From positions 1-60,742 of IMG/VR virus record IMGVR_UViG_3300047157_000094: DNA of 60,742 nucleotides. The stretch is one strand, 5' to 3'. A model generated the notes under the pieces. That model was given only the letters and a program-made list of their open reading frames with translations. It had not been told where the DNA came from and made no database searches. A program made the translations under genes and the position numbers. This stretch comes from a virus (taxonomy: Duplodnaviria > Caudoviricetes). Every line of letters begins with the position of its first letter. Within the stretch, counting starts at the first letter, position 1. This document shows, one piece after another, positions 1 through 12,078 of this stretch.

Positions 1-1779
1 TTTGTATTTTTTTTAATTACTTTTTCTACTAAAAAATTAACAGCTTTGTTCATAACTTTTTCATCAGGAACATACTCAGGATTTCTAAATGTTTGAAAAG
101 ATCTTACTAAATATTTACCTACATTGTTTACCTCAACGGTAGCTAATTCTTTTGCTAACTCATCTGCTTCTTTACCTTTTGGTAATACTTTTTTAAATTC
201 AGTTTGAATTTTTTTAATGTCATTAATTAAATCTTTTGTTAATGCTTGTAGTTCTTTTGGTAAATCATTTAATTTTCTTTGACCTTTGACTACTGCATCT
301 GCATCTTTTAAAATATTACTAGCTATTTCTTTTACTTCATCTGAATAATATCTTAACATAGCTGGAGATGTAATGTTTTTATTGTATTGATCTTGAAATT
401 TTTTAGCTAAGTTGTATGCAGTTTTTTCTAAACCTTCGTAAGTTCTATCAATTTTTCTAGCTCTACCTTTTATATATAATTTAACTTGTTCACTCACACC
501 TTCAATATCTTTAGGTTGTTTACCGTAAGATCTAAACCAAGATAAAACGTTATCTATTTTTTTAAGACTTGAATCTATTTTGTTAGGTGATGTTACAGAT
601 TTTAATCTCCAATCTTTAAATGGTGGTAGCTGTGTTTTAAATCTACTTGCTGTAAAATTTCCTGCTCTAGCATTTACTAATAAAGGAGCTACTACTTTAC
701 CAATCGTAAACTTACCTGCGTTTTGTAAACTTTGTGATGCTTGTCTAGTTAGAGGTGCTACAACTTTATTACCTAATAATAATTTTGCACCTTTCATTAC
801 TGTTTTGTCAATTGCTTTAGCTCCAAGTTGAGCTACACCTATACCAAATTTGTTAGCAATTAATGGAGCTAATCCATACTTATAACCTAGTTGTGTAAAC
901 TTACCTATTAATGGAAAACCTCCACCAATTAATACACCTTCTGCACCATATTTAACTCTGTTTCTAAATTCTGCTGCTGCTTTTTTTCTACCTTTTAAAC
1001 CTTTAGTATCTTCTGGTTCTACAAAAAAAGATTCTCTACCAGGTTCTGATGCTAAAAAATCTGTTGCACCAACTATCGTTGCACCTTCTACATTCTTGAT
1101 GCTACTGACTAGCTTTTCTAAGTTTACCACCTTTAACAGCGTCAGCTGCTTTTTTCATTTTAACTACGGATGGTATTCTTCCTACAATTTTTGCAATAGC
1201 TGTACCCGGTATACCAAATTGTGTAAGTAAAGATGTAACTTCTCCTCTCCATGTTTCAGGACGAGTAGGTTCTCTTTCCTCCATAATTTTTTCAAACCAG
1301 ACATAAAGTCTGTGTTAAAAACTAAATCTGTTCCTGCAAATAATAATGAACCTAAACTATTTTGTAAATCATATACACCAGAACTAATACCTTTTGCTAT
1401 TTCATCTAAGCCAGTTGTGTAATCTCTTTCTTGTGTAATCTCTTCGTTATTAATTTTAAAACTAGGAGCCTTTGCATCAGGTAAAGCTTGAATGTCTTTT
1501 ATTGATGTCATATTAATTTTACCTTTAGTCATGGCAGTAATTGCTTGTCCAATTTGTGCGTTAGGACTTAGTGTATTATATAATTCTAAAATACTTTTAG
1601 GGTCAGGCATAGCCAACCACTTGACAGGTTTTTTAGGTTCTGATTGTACTGCTAATTCGTTTGCTATTTTTTGTTTAACTTGATCTAAGTCTAAAGGTTT
1701 TTGATCTTTGATATCTATATTAACAGCTTCTTCCTTATTAGGGATCTTTGAGAAATCGTTCGTAGGCTGTTTCTGCCAT
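1..1779 (-). CDS. Large internal virion/ejection protein, 5' part (continues across the window junction; frameshifted)
   Basis: ATG at 1779 (MAETAYERFLKDP), ORF fragments 1182..1616 and 1102..1284, then a reading frame running to base 1 that joins 60742 in frame. Last gene of the structural operon. Confidence 0.7.
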
Positions 1780-1780
1780 G

Positions 1781-2899
1781 TTACGCCTCCGATGGTAATA
1801 CTAAATTAACGCTATATTTTTGGTTAAATAAATCTACATCTTGTTGTGATGAAATCATAGCAAAGTCTTCTAATGCCTCTGCACTGTTAGACATTAATTC
1901 TACAATGTCATCTGTAATCTCTGCTGGTAGTCTTGCTCTTAGTTGGTCATAACTTATAGGATTATCTGATTGAGCCATAGGTCCGGGAGCCATGGTCTCT
2001 GTAACTTGTTCTTTCATTACCATTTCACCGTTCGCGTATCCTGCTCTACCACCGCTAGCAAAAGATGCTGTTAGTTCTTGTATTTCTTTTTTAATAGCAT
2101 CCAAAGCATCTTTTTCAAGTTGTGGATCGCTTGAAGATTTGTACTTACGATTTTCATTTAATTTTAAATCTTCCCTATATAATTCTTCTATTTTATTAGG
2201 TAGGTATCTTTCACCTTTTCCTTTTACATAAATATCAACAAGCACTTCTTGACCTACATCTTTTTTACGATACAAATTAAACTCTTCTTGCAGCTGTAAT
2301 AATTCTACATCTTCACCTGGACCTAATGTTTCATTTTTTCTTTTATCTTTTAACTCTGTTAGTCTTGGAATAATTCTTCTTAATTCAATAGCTGCTGCCT
2401 CGTCTCTAAAACGACCTGATCCAGATTTTTCTGCTAGTATATCTGACTGACCTTCGATCAATGATTTAAACATACCAGCTCTTCTTTCATCTAAATTTTC
2501 TGCTTGTTGTTGCATTAGTAATTCTTCATTACCTCTTGATGCTTTAAATTTTTCAAACGGATCTTTAGCTGCTGCTAGTGCCGTGCTTATAGCTCCACCA
2601 ATACCACTGCCTATTGGTGTTTGTGATCCAATGTTTATTCCAAAGTCAATCATTAGATCACCTAATCTACGTTTACTATAATCAGTTCTAGGTTTTTGTG
2701 GATACAGTTGCTCAACTAATCTTTGTTGATCACCGATAGATGCGTTTTTTAAAAACTCTGCTATGTTTTGATTTGTGTCAAATTTTTGTACACTGTTCCC
2801 ATTGTCATAACCTTGTCTAGGTGCTTGTAATCCAGATGTAATTCCGCCTTCAGCAGACCCACCTTTTCTAAACATAGGTCTTTTGTATAAGTTATTCAT
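1781..2899 (-). CDS. Putative internal virion/ejection protein
   Basis: 372 aa, helical, with xxGG motifs (MFRKGG, FASGGRAGY); lies among post-tail genes. Confidence 0.6.
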   Translation of the reverse strand: MNNLYKRPMFRKGGSAEGGITSGLQAPRQGYDNGNSVQKFDTNQNIAEFLKNASIGDQQRLVEQLYPQKPRTDYSKRRLGDLMIDFGINIGSQTPIGSGIGGAISTALAAAKDPFEKFKASRGNEELLMQQQAENLDERRAGMFKSLIEGQSDILAEKSGSGRFRDEAAAIELRRIIPRLTELKDKRKNETLGPGEDVELLQLQEEFNLYRKKDVGQEVLVDIYVKGKGERYLPNKIEELYREDLKLNENRKYKSSSDPQLEKDALDAIKKEIQELTASFASGGRAGYANGEMVMKEQVTETMAPGPMAQSDNPISYDQLRARLPAEITDDIVELMSNSAEALEDFAMISSQQDVDLFNQKYSVNLVLPSEA

Positions 2900-3745
2900 T
2901 ATTGTTGACCGCTTCCTCTTAGATAGTCACCGTAACCAGTCATCAGTCCACCAGCAACTCCAGCTATTCCTAACGCATTCTGCAACGGCGTAGGGTTAGG
3001 TGTTACCATAGATTGATATTGTCCAGTGCATTCCAGATGCAATACTTGCTACACCTTGTTGTTGATAACCTAATCTTTCGTATGGTTCGAACGCTGCTAA
3101 TCTATTTTGCTCTCTTAAAGCATCTAGACCTGCTTGTGCTTGTGCTTGTTGATCTGCGCCCGCTGATCTTAAAGCACCTACGTCTGCTCCATATAATTGT
3201 GGAACTTGTTGAGCTAAAGCTTGTTGTTGACCAAAAGCTTGATTAGCTAATTGGTTAGCTTGAGTAAAACCTTGTTGTAATAATCCTGATTGTAATAATG
3301 CTCTGTTCATGTCAGATTTATTTTGATATTGTGATCTCATAACACCTTCACGTCCTCCACCTAAATTACCAGACATAGCTGCTTGTTGACCTATACCTGT
3401 CAAACCAGCTGCTGCTTGTTGATCGTATTCGGCTAGTGTTGCATCAATTACATCTTGTTGATATGGAGACATAAAAGGTTGATAACCAGTTGGTCCCGCT
3501 CCTGCTGCTGCAGCATCATATGCTCCTGCTTGTGTAATGTAAGGTTGGAATGCACCTATACCTTGGCCTTGAGTTGTAGCCATTGTGTATGCATCTTTTT
3601 GCGCTTGATCTTGTGCAGCAACTTGTGGTGCAAATTTTGATGTATCTAATGGTGCAGCAGTTAACGCCGTTAACTGTGTTCCTAAATCTTTTTGTAGATC
3701 TTCTACGTATTGTGGTGGGAGTGCTTGTGTTTGTTGTACAGCCAT
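2899..3745 (-). CDS. Gln/Ala-rich pilot/ejection protein (frameshift near the 3' end)
   Basis: ORF 2996..3745 is Q/A/G-rich; an alternative frame continues ...NPTPLQNALGIAGVAGGL... to a stop at 2899. Confidence 0.6.
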
Positions 3746-5232
3746 TATATTACCTCGCTTAATCGTTCTGATGTTTCAAACATCTGTTGTGCGCCTTGCA
3801 TTCCTTGTGACTCTTCAGACACTTGTCCGCCGGCTTCTAAATTTTTCATCATGTTCTCCATAACTTCTGCGCCTTTATCTATATCTCCACCACCTGCGTT
3901 TCTAACAGCATCTGCAGTAAATACAAACTCATTTACACTTAATCTTGCAGGTACATCATCCGCTTTTTCTTCTCTACCTATTGGTACAAACCCACCTTCA
4001 GCTCTATAATCTTTTTCCATACCACCAAGGTCCATAATTCCACCTTCGGCTCTACCTATTCTACCACCCATAGCCATGTTAGCTATGTCTTTAGTATCTT
4101 GTCTCCCTAAAAAAGGATATTTAACTCTAAGTGCTGCTAACTTTTCACCACTTTTATCTTTAAATGCTTCTTGTACTTCAGCTCTAATCCCAGCTATATC
4201 TAAACCTTCACCACGGTCCATAATTTCATCTACAACTTGGTCAGGTTCACCTAATAATTTTTTACCAAGAGTAAATAAACCAAGTGCTCCTCCTGCTTTT
4301 TTAATATCAAAATTTTCTCCAAATGGATTTACATCACCTAAAGATGTTGGAACGTATTCCATGATTTTATTTGTAAATTTTTTTAATGGGGATATTTTAT
4401 CTACAGAAATAGAACTTCCTGCTGTTATTGGAGATGAAGACGCTCCTGCTCCTGTTAATCCTTCAGCAAATAATCCTGTTGGGTCTTCTACTACACCAGA
4501 TCTATATCTATCCCCTAATGCACTTCCTCTTCCTTTATCTATATTAACTCCACTTGATGCAGCTGCCATTGGAGAACTAAAATATTGTCCTAGTCCGGTT
4601 GCGTTTGGATTAATTTTAAGATTAAATCCTTGTTGCATTTGAGCTCCACCAATACCTCTAGCTAGTTGACCCATACCATAATTCATTAATCCTGATTTAA
4701 TTGATGAACCTATTCTACCTGTTTTATCAAAGCCACCTATACCTGACATTAAACCTGCAGCTAGCGGGTTGAACGGTGCAACAAACGGTGCAGCTTTAAC
4801 TGCAATCTCTGATATTTCATTTGGTATAACTTTTCTTACAAATTTTTTTAATGAACTACCTATTCCATATCTACGTCTACCATCACCACCCATCATACCA
4901 CCATACGCTGCCATCTGTCTGTCAGGTAAAACTGGTCCCTGTGGTTTTGGTTGAAAAGGATTTACTGGATCTTCTGGACTTGGTAAAATTGGACCTTTAC
5001 TCATTTGTCCTTCTGCAATAACCATTTGTCTAAATTCCTCTAGTGTCATTGGTGTAGCTTCAGGTCTAATTTCTAATAAATCAAATACGTATTTGTTGTA
5101 TTCTTCTTCTAGCATAGCATCAACCATCATTTCCATTTCTTGTGGAGATTTAGGTCCTTCGTTTCCTCTATACTTAATAGATGGTGCGCCTGTTTCTAAT
5201 TCTTCTGAAATTTGTATATCTGTTATTGCCAT
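3745..5232 (-). CDS. Putative internal virion protein with multiple xxGG motifs
   Basis: 495 aa; C-terminal DDVPARLSVNEFVFTADAV resembles a motif of phage tape-measure/ejection proteins; contains MAMGGRIGRAEGG. Confidence 0.6.
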   Translation of the reverse strand: MAITDIQISEELETGAPSIKYRGNEGPKSPQEMEMMVDAMLEEEYNKYVFDLLEIRPEATPMTLEEFRQMVIAEGQMSKGPILPSPEDPVNPFQPKPQGPVLPDRQMAAYGGMMGGDGRRRYGIGSSLKKFVRKVIPNEISEIAVKAAPFVAPFNPLAAGLMSGIGGFDKTGRIGSSIKSGLMNYGMGQLARGIGGAQMQQGFNLKINPNATGLGQYFSSPMAAASSGVNIDKGRGSALGDRYRSGVVEDPTGLFAEGLTGAGASSSPITAGSSISVDKISPLKKFTNKIMEYVPTSLGDVNPFGENFDIKKAGGALGLFTLGKKLLGEPDQVVDEIMDRGEGLDIAGIRAEVQEAFKDKSGEKLAALRVKYPFLGRQDTKDIANMAMGGRIGRAEGGIMDLGGMEKDYRAEGGFVPIGREEKADDVPARLSVNEFVFTADAVRNAGGGDIDKGAEVMENMMKNLEAGGQVSEESQGMQGAQQMFETSERLSEVI

Positions 5233-5261
5233 AATTGCCTTATTTTATAGAGTTTCTTATA

Positions 5262-5441
5262 CTACTTGGTTTTTGCAAACAAATCAAGAGCCGGCATGAT
5301 AACTGTTACGTCTCTCTGCACGTCCTCTTCAGGTATATTAGCAGCTTTTAAAGCTTTTTCAGTCTTATATACTTCACCTGTTTTTTTGTTTTTTATTGTC
5401 GTTATTATCTTTTCTGGTGTTAGCATTTTTATTTCATCCAT
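5262..5441 (-). CDS. Small hypothetical protein
   Basis: Read manually: MDEIKMLTPEKIITTIKNKKTGEVY..., 59 aa, start overlaps the upstream stop. Confidence 0.6.
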   Translation of the reverse strand: MDEIKMLTPEKIITTIKNKKTGEVYKTEKALKAANIPEEDVQRDVTVIMPALDLFAKTK

Positions 5442-5776
5442 TATGTTGTTACCTCTTTCTTAATATTTAGATAGCTAATTGCTACATCAAATGAATCAGA
5501 GCTACTTGATAGTACCGTAAAAGTTTTTCCACCTTCTACTATTAGCGGTTGGGTTAATAATTCTGTTGTAACATTTGCTGATAAAGCAGCTGATTTAATA
5601 GCGGTAATACTATTGTTTGTAATAGTCACTGTTGGTGTTCCAGCTGATGTAACTAATATAGATTTAATTAAATATGTTTCACTAACTAAAGGATTACCAG
5701 ATCCAAACGGGGTTAACGCAGCACCACTAGTGCTATTATCTATGCCTACAAATTTATACTGATTTACTGTCGCCAT
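5441..5776 (-). CDS. Small virion structural protein
   Basis: 111 aa, beta-rich T/S composition, translationally coupled in the tail operon. Confidence 0.6.
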   Translation of the reverse strand: MATVNQYKFVGIDNSTSGAALTPFGSGNPLVSETYLIKSILVTSAGTPTVTITNNSITAIKSAALSANVTTELLTQPLIVEGGKTFTVLSSSSDSFDVAISYLNIKKEVTT

Positions 5777-5940
5777 TAATCTAAAAAGAAACTTCTAGCT
5801 TCTATTTCCTGTTTTAATTCTTCTTGAAATGTAGTGTTTAATTTTTCTAACACTGCATCTAAATCTCTAACCAAAGACTGTGCCACATCTTCTTCATACT
5901 CTGAACTTGCTCTAGTTAATGTTTGTACTATCTTTGCCAT
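5776..5940 (-). CDS. Small hypothetical protein
   Basis: Read manually: MAKIVQTLTRASSEYEEDVAQSLVRDLD..., 54 aa, coupled at both ends. Confidence 0.6.
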   Translation of the reverse strand: MAKIVQTLTRASSEYEEDVAQSLVRDLDAVLEKLNTTFQEELKQEIEARSFFLD

Positions 5941-6770
5941 TATATTGTGTAATAATTTTGCATTCTTGATTCAATTGCTTCTCTAATATCAGTAGGTTGA
6001 TTCTGTAAGTATCTTGAAGTAAATGGATCGCTTGCTACTTGTATATTTTCATCCACAACATTATTAACATCATCAAACATATTATTGTTATAAAGAGTTG
6101 CAATACCTCTATTGTCATCTCTACCACCAATAGGATTACCATAAGCATCTATATTTCCAGATCCTCTTTCTTTCATATAATTTTTGTAAGCTGATTCTAG
6201 TTCTTCATTAGTCATTTCAGAAACAGTTCCATAATTTAAACCTTTAATTTTACCCGCTCTTACTACTTCATTCATAAAATAAGGTCTATTTTTTGAAGCA
6301 TTAAAATCAGAAAATTGTTGTAGTGGTGAATTTACACCTTTATTAAATAAATTTAAAAACATACCTGAAAGACCAAAATTAGGAATGTTTACTTTAGGTC
6401 TATTATATAGAAAAGAACTATATGTTCCAGGTTGATATGGACCTATTCCTGGTCCTGTAACTTGATCTTTAGCAAGACCACCTGCAACACCTACTTCAAA
6501 AGCTCTTCTTGCATCTTTAATATCTTGACCAGTCATACTTGAGTAATCATTACCCTGACCATCTGGTCCACTACCACCGCCACCTTGATTACCTCCGCCA
6601 TAATCAGCACCGCTTGTATTTTTAGCACTAGTATTTGCAGCTCTACTGCTAGTTCCAACAGTTGCCATATCAGAACCACGATAACCTGGTCTTGAACCAT
6701 CTAAAGTTTTAGCAACTCTTTGGCCTGTTGCGTACATCTGTCTAGCTTGTTGTAATCTTGTAATTGACAT
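5940..6770 (-). CDS. Hypothetical late protein
   Basis: 276 aa ORF with a Gly-rich segment; coupled stop/start. Confidence 0.65.
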   Translation of the reverse strand: MSITRLQQARQMYATGQRVAKTLDGSRPGYRGSDMATVGTSSRAANTSAKNTSGADYGGGNQGGGGSGPDGQGNDYSSMTGQDIKDARRAFEVGVAGGLAKDQVTGPGIGPYQPGTYSSFLYNRPKVNIPNFGLSGMFLNLFNKGVNSPLQQFSDFNASKNRPYFMNEVVRAGKIKGLNYGTVSEMTNEELESAYKNYMKERGSGNIDAYGNPIGGRDDNRGIATLYNNNMFDDVNNVVDENIQVASDPFTSRYLQNQPTDIREAIESRMQNYYTI

Positions 6771-8989
6771 TATCTTCTTCCTCCAGTTTGTATATCTAAC
6801 CTAAAAGTCCCTAATTTCCAACTAGTATCTACTGCAGTATTGGATATTGTAAGAGCGATAGCTCTTGCTCTTGCACGTGTGTCTACTTTTTCAGTTCCAG
6901 ATGTTACAGTAAATGGACCTAATGATGAACTAGCTGCTGTATTATTAGGATAGTTTCTTAAATCTAATTGTATAATAGTGTTCCTTGCTTGAGATATAAA
7001 ATCAGGTATAATTCTACTTACTCTCATAATATTTTCACCATCACCTCTAAGTCTCCTAAATTAGTTGCAGCTCCTCTAATAACTTTTTGTGTAATATCAT
7101 AATCACCAGAAGTAATATTAGCTGGAATAGCTGTTGTTACTCCAAGTCTTACTTGATTAACTCCTGTTTCATGTTCATAGTAATATGAAATTCCTTCTGT
7201 GTTTCCTGTTACATCAAAAGATGTATCTGTTCCTGCATCGTATTGAGTTGCATGTGGTAATCCAAATACAGCAGAATCAATCCAAGTTGTTCTAATAAAT
7301 AAAGAACTTGCATTACAAACCATATAGGTCGTTTAGCAGTTGAGTCTAGATAACTATAAGTAACTGACTGTGTATTTACATTTGAGTTAGCTTCAGGATA
7401 AAACCATGTAACTTCTCCAAACAAGTTATTAATACCTGCATAAACCATTTGATTAGATGTTGTATTTAAATTATCATAAACATAGTCTTCAACTAAACAG
7501 TCCATAGATTCTAGTTTACCTGTGTATCTAAAGAAACCATTATCAGACATCCAGTACGCAGCACCATCAACTTCAACAGCTGCATTCTTACCTATTAATC
7601 CACAGTTAGTTCCGACTTGTTCAAAGGCAAAAGTAAAAGGAGTTCCAACAAAACGCATGGTAAATAAAGCTGTGTCTGTCCAAACATAAAGTGCATTTCT
7701 ACCAAGTTTAGCACCCATGATCCGTGATCCGGCGGCCAGTCTTTGTGTACCAGCACTATTAGTTCAGCTGTAGGTGTATAATCATTTATATTTTCTTGAG
7801 ATGAGAATCTTATAAACATATCATCTTGTGTTGTTTTATCACCAATAGTTGTTTCTGTTCCAAAAAATACTAAGTGACGATCAGGAGTAGATACTAACAT
7901 ATCTCTAGACGCTGTTGGTGCACCAGATATAATAGTTGCTCTTGTTGTTACAGCATTAGTTAAATCTGAATTCCATTCAAAACATTCACCATTAAATATT
8001 AAAGCAATGGCTGTGCTACCTAAATTATCTATAGACCACATACCGGGTTCTGCAACTTTATCCGTGGTCGATGCTGCTTGACCCCAGGCTGAGTAAGCAC
8101 TAAAGTTAGTAACTGTTGCACCATTACTGTGAGAAGCGTTTGTTGTGCCTCTAACATTTCTAGTAATTCCAGTAAAACTTGTAGCTGTAATTCCTGTGTA
8201 AGATATTTCTTCGTTATCTACTTGTATAAAATTTGTTCCTGAACTTGGAAAACCTGTGGTACTTGCTACATTAATCGTGGTCCCTGAACCACCAGTTCCA
8301 GCAGAGTCGGCATTTAATGCTCCATTCAATGTAGTAGTTTGTGGATTTGTAACAGTACCACCCCACTGAGATATACCATAACCAAAGACTCCAACCTGTT
8401 CAGCTGGTCCTACGTGATAATATTGAAAATAAGTTATGCCTCCAGAAGTAGTTGCTCCTGCTCCTCCTTCATTTCCAGGCATTGTAATAGTTAATGTAGT
8501 TCCTGTTGGTGTTGATGTTACCATAAATTTTTTATCACAAAAATCTGCAGCACCAAAATTTGAACCTGTAATAGCACTAAAAGTAGTTGTGTCACCAAAT
8601 AAAATTATATCACCTGGTTCAAAATTATGTGCTGATGGAAAAGTAAGAGTTACGGTAGGTGATCCATTACTTGTGCTAAAAGCATTTGTAAGAGCTGTGC
8701 CTGATGGATTAGTTAAAGGATGTATATCATAGTATACTCCTCCTGTGTAAACGTATAAAATTCTATTAGTTCCTATTAAAGAATATTTAATACCTGTTTT
8801 ATTAACCATGTGATGCAAACCTCTAGCCGCACCAGTTAATTTACTATCACCTAATTGAGACCAACCACCTATTTTTTCAGGTGTACCATATCTAAAACGT
8901 ACATTTTCACCTCCTGTCCATTGTGATTCAGCTCCGGTGGATGTAACTTGTTTATTAAATCCTGGTAAAAAACCTAGTTTTTGTAGCAT
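6770..8989 (-). CDS. Tail tubular protein B / stabilisation-like protein (multiple frameshifts)
   Basis: Fragments 7595..8989, 7209..7718, 7024..7323 and 6770..7027 join into about 740 aa. N-term W..GENVRFRYG.PEKIGGW and C-term WKLGTFRLDIQTGGRR are typical of podovirus tail nozzle proteins. Confidence 0.7.
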
Positions 8990-9049
8990 ATAAAATCCTG
9001 TTTATTAGCTATTATATTAGATTATAGAGTAATTCAATCTATTTTTATT

Positions 9050-9595
9050 TTAAGAAATATACTCTAAATATTGGCCTGCAGCATAGTGTAAATTAAAGAC
9101 TATAGCATGTTTTGGTTTGTCTTCAAGATTAGGTTTAGATTCATGTCTTAATAAACTGTCCCAAAATAAAATTCTACCTGGTTCAGGTTTAACATGAAGT
9201 TTAAGTTCAGGAAAAAATAATTTTTGATTGCTACTAGTTAAATAAAGTATACCTGAAACATTAGCCTGTCCATGCCTGTGATTTGCAGTCCAATCTCCGC
9301 GATCAAGTCTAATGCCGTAAGCGTCTGATAACGTATACTCTGGATTTAATAAACCTGTAAATGCAGACAAATAATCTTTACTGGCTGTCATAATAGCTTT
9401 AAAACTAGGATTTTCTAAAAAAATATTTTCTGTTCTTTTTCCTTTAACATTGCTCTTGTAATTCCATTCATTATTATTCTTTAACACATCATCTATTATT
9501 TCTATAAAATCTGTTCCGTCAAAATTATCAAAGTCAAAACCATAGAGGCAGGTTGATCTCTTTATTTCTTTTTCAATTCTTAATGCAAATTTCAT
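9050..9595 (-). CDS. 2OG-Fe(II) oxygenase (TIGR02466-like, HxH type)
   Basis: HRH...VSGILYL...PGRILFWDSLLRH...IVFN. Confidence 0.8.
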   Translation of the reverse strand: MKFALRIEKEIKRSTCLYGFDFDNFDGTDFIEIIDDVLKNNNEWNYKSNVKGKRTENIFLENPSFKAIMTASKDYLSAFTGLLNPEYTLSDAYGIRLDRGDWTANHRHGQANVSGILYLTSSNQKLFFPELKLHVKPEPGRILFWDSLLRHESKPNLEDKPKHAIVFNLHYAAGQYLEYIS

Positions 9596-10143
9596 ACTTT
9601 ATAATCTTCCTCAAGTGTATCAAAATCTAGGTTAAATGATATAATAATTTTTTCTATATCTTCAGTTATTTTAGGTGATCTGTGCACCACAAAACTAGGA
9701 AAAATAATTATGTCCCCTTCTTTAGCATCTATCTCTAATATTTTTTGTTTGTTGACTAACTGTGTTTTCGTAGCACCTTTTGGAAATTGTAAATAATATA
9801 CTCCTGTATAATTGTTACTATGTATATGCCAGTTATGCACTCCGTTTTTTTTATATTTTTGAAACCATAGGTTTCTAATATGCACAGTGTTTAACTTTAA
9901 ATTTTTAATGCATTTTAAAAAATGTTTTTCTAGTAAAGGTTTTATAAACCTCACCCATTCTCTATCCATATCTGTGCTTTTTTGCCAATCTAAATAATCA
10001 ATTTTATCTTTAGGATGACAATCAAAATCATTTGCAGCTTTGTTTATAAAATTAATTAATTGATCTTGAATTAAATTATGGTGTTTAAACCTGTCTTGAA
10101 ATCCATAGGACTCTAATATTATTTTTTTCATTAATAACACCAA
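9592..10143 (-). CDS. 2OG-Fe(II) oxygenase (HxH type)
   Basis: WHIH..YTGVYYL...EGDIIIFPSFVVH...KIIISFN. Confidence 0.8.
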   Translation of the reverse strand: MVLLMKKIILESYGFQDRFKHHNLIQDQLINFINKAANDFDCHPKDKIDYLDWQKSTDMDREWVRFIKPLLEKHFLKCIKNLKLNTVHIRNLWFQKYKKNGVHNWHIHSNNYTGVYYLQFPKGATKTQLVNKQKILEIDAKEGDIIIFPSFVVHRSPKITEDIEKIIISFNLDFDTLEEDYKV

Positions 10144-10706
10144 GATACAAATGAGTATCTTGTTCCTTTTTTTATAGGTTTAATTAAATGCGGGTACATA
10201 AAAAGTGATGGAAATATAATTAAGTCCCCAGCTTTAAGTTTTATTTTATAGTCATTAAACATAATCAAATCTCCTCCTGTATAATCATCATTTAAAACTC
10301 CTATAATACTTAGTATGGGGATACCTCTAATTTCTCCTGTAAACAAACTATGTATATGGTCACAATGCTTAGACATTATTTGGTTTTTTTTATATCTATT
10401 AAATCTAATTTTACTAAAACCGTTCCAACCATTAAAAATTTCTCCCCCTATTTTATCAATAAGAATATATTTTTCTAAAGCTTTCCAAGTTAAATGATGT
10501 AAATCTTTAAGATGTGTTAAACTATTTCCATTACAAACATCTAATTCTTTATTACCATTTTTAGATTGTTTCTTAAATTCTTTTGAATAAGACCACTGAT
10601 GTTGTTCCCAATTTTTTTCTTTTGTTAACTCTTTAATAGTAACATTTAAAATATTTTTAGGAATCCATTTATTTAAATGAAGTATATAACTTTTTAAATT
10701 TTTCAT
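10131..10706 (-). CDS. 2OG-Fe(II) oxygenase, prolyl-4-hydroxylase-like
   Basis: HCD...LNDDYTGGDL...GDLIIFPS..MYPH...GTRYSFVSW. Confidence 0.85.
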   Translation of the reverse strand: MKNLKSYILHLNKWIPKNILNVTIKELTKEKNWEQHQWSYSKEFKKQSKNGNKELDVCNGNSLTHLKDLHHLTWKALEKYILIDKIGGEIFNGWNGFSKIRFNRYKKNQIMSKHCDHIHSLFTGEIRGIPILSIIGVLNDDYTGGDLIMFNDYKIKLKAGDLIIFPSLFMYPHLIKPIKKGTRYSFVSWCY

Positions 10707-11278
10707 ATTATTTTAAAATTAGCTGACACAGATATTCTTTCTCCGTTACTTGTAAAAGGACATACGTAATGTTTTAAGTTATAAGGAAATATAAAAAAAT
10801 CTCCTTTGTTAGGTAAAAATTTTTGTTGATCAATGTTGTAGTCTCTATATTCTCCATACGAAAAAATTATAGATCCAGGACCTGAAGATTTTCCTATGTA
10901 CTTTTTGTTTTCTTTTTTTAATGCAGAAGGTATTTGTAAATATAGAACACTAGATAGATCACAGTTTATATGATGGTGTGGAGGATTAGATTCATTTTTT
11001 TTCATATAATTTACCCATGCTGAATTACATTGTAATTTTAATAATTGCCTGTTGTACCAGAAATGAAACCTTTTTTGAAAAGGTTGGAAATAAGGTTCAA
11101 CAATTTTTGCATATTTTTTTTCATCAATAACGTGTTCACTTTTAATAACTCCAGCTAAAATATCTCTAGCGTCTTTATTTTTTTTACTACAAAGTTTTTC
11201 TACTTTAGATAAGTCTTGTGTGTTTAGTTGTGTCTTATACAACAAAGGACCAAACATGTGTTGTTCATAAGTTATCAT
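10703..11278 (-). CDS. 2OG-Fe(II) oxygenase (HxH type)
   Basis: NPPHHH..DLSSVLYL...GDFFIFPYNLKHYV...ERISVSAN. Confidence 0.8.
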   Translation of the reverse strand: MITYEQHMFGPLLYKTQLNTQDLSKVEKLCSKKNKDARDILAGVIKSEHVIDEKKYAKIVEPYFQPFQKRFHFWYNRQLLKLQCNSAWVNYMKKNESNPPHHHINCDLSSVLYLQIPSALKKENKKYIGKSSGPGSIIFSYGEYRDYNIDQQKFLPNKGDFFIFPYNLKHYVCPFTSNGERISVSANFKII

Positions 11279-11764
11279 AAATAGTTAAAGTTTATTACAA
11301 TCCTTCTGTCTGTATCTGTTGCAGTTACTGCAGCATGGTATGTTTTTGTATCTATAATTAATAGTTTATTTTCTTCTACCGCAATTTTAGTTTTATCTTT
11401 TAATAAAGTATAGCCGTTATTTTTATTTATGTAAAATATAGCTGTATTGCAAAAAAAACTCTTTGTCGACATGAAACTCTGATTGTGTATGTTTTTTAGT
11501 TTTAAATAATAAATTAGCTCTTATTTCATTTATCATATTAACTTTAAGTTTTTTAATTATAGGTGTTATGATTGTGTCGTAATAAATAGAATTTTTTTGA
11601 TGGTCATGATAAAAGTTATGTCCCATAAAAAAACTATCATTTTTACCTGAAGTTTGAGACTCATTAAAAAACCAAGGAAAAGTATTAGATAATATTATTT
11701 CTTTAATTTTGTTAAAGGTGTCTTGATCAAGAAAATTTTTTATTTGTTTATATTTATATTCCAT
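11275..11764 (-). CDS. 2OG-Fe(II) oxygenase (one frameshift in a poly-A run near 11451-11458)
   Basis: The joined fragments give FHVD...TAIFYIN.NNGYT...NKLLI....YH...RRIVINFNY. Confidence 0.75.
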
Positions 11765-12078
11765 TCTAACGCATCAATAATTTCATCTAGATTAATTTCT
11801 TTTAACCTGTGTGTGATAATAAAACTATGCAACTCTGCTGCTTCAACAATAACCCATTTATCTTTTTGTTCGAAAACAATTTTATCTGCTTTAGATTTAT
11901 TGGTTAGTGGTTTTACATCTCGACCTTCGTCATCCATCTGATACGGCCTAAGATCGTATTTTAATTTTTCATTTAATCTGTTTTTTAATATACCAACTAC
12001 ATCCCAAAGTTCTTTTTCTTTTTGTTTTTTAGTAGCCTGTTTAACGTTAGTTAAATGTTTTTTTATAAAATCTTTCAT
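11740..12078 (-). CDS. Hypothetical protein within the oxygenase island
   Basis: 112 aa ORF overlapping both neighbours; no oxygenase motif. Confidence 0.6.
   Translation of the reverse strand: MKDFIKKHLTNVKQATKKQKEKELWDVVGILKNRLNEKLKYDLRPYQMDDEGRDVKPLTNKSKADKIVFEQKDKWVIVEAAELHSFIITHRLKEINLDEIIDALEWNININK

Noticed and set aside
3013-5463. Plus-strand ORFs opposite structural genes (e.g. 4076..4642; likewise 8436..8732 and 13938..14351)
   Set aside because: Antisense shadows of well-supported minus-strand genes; no RBS or protein motifs.
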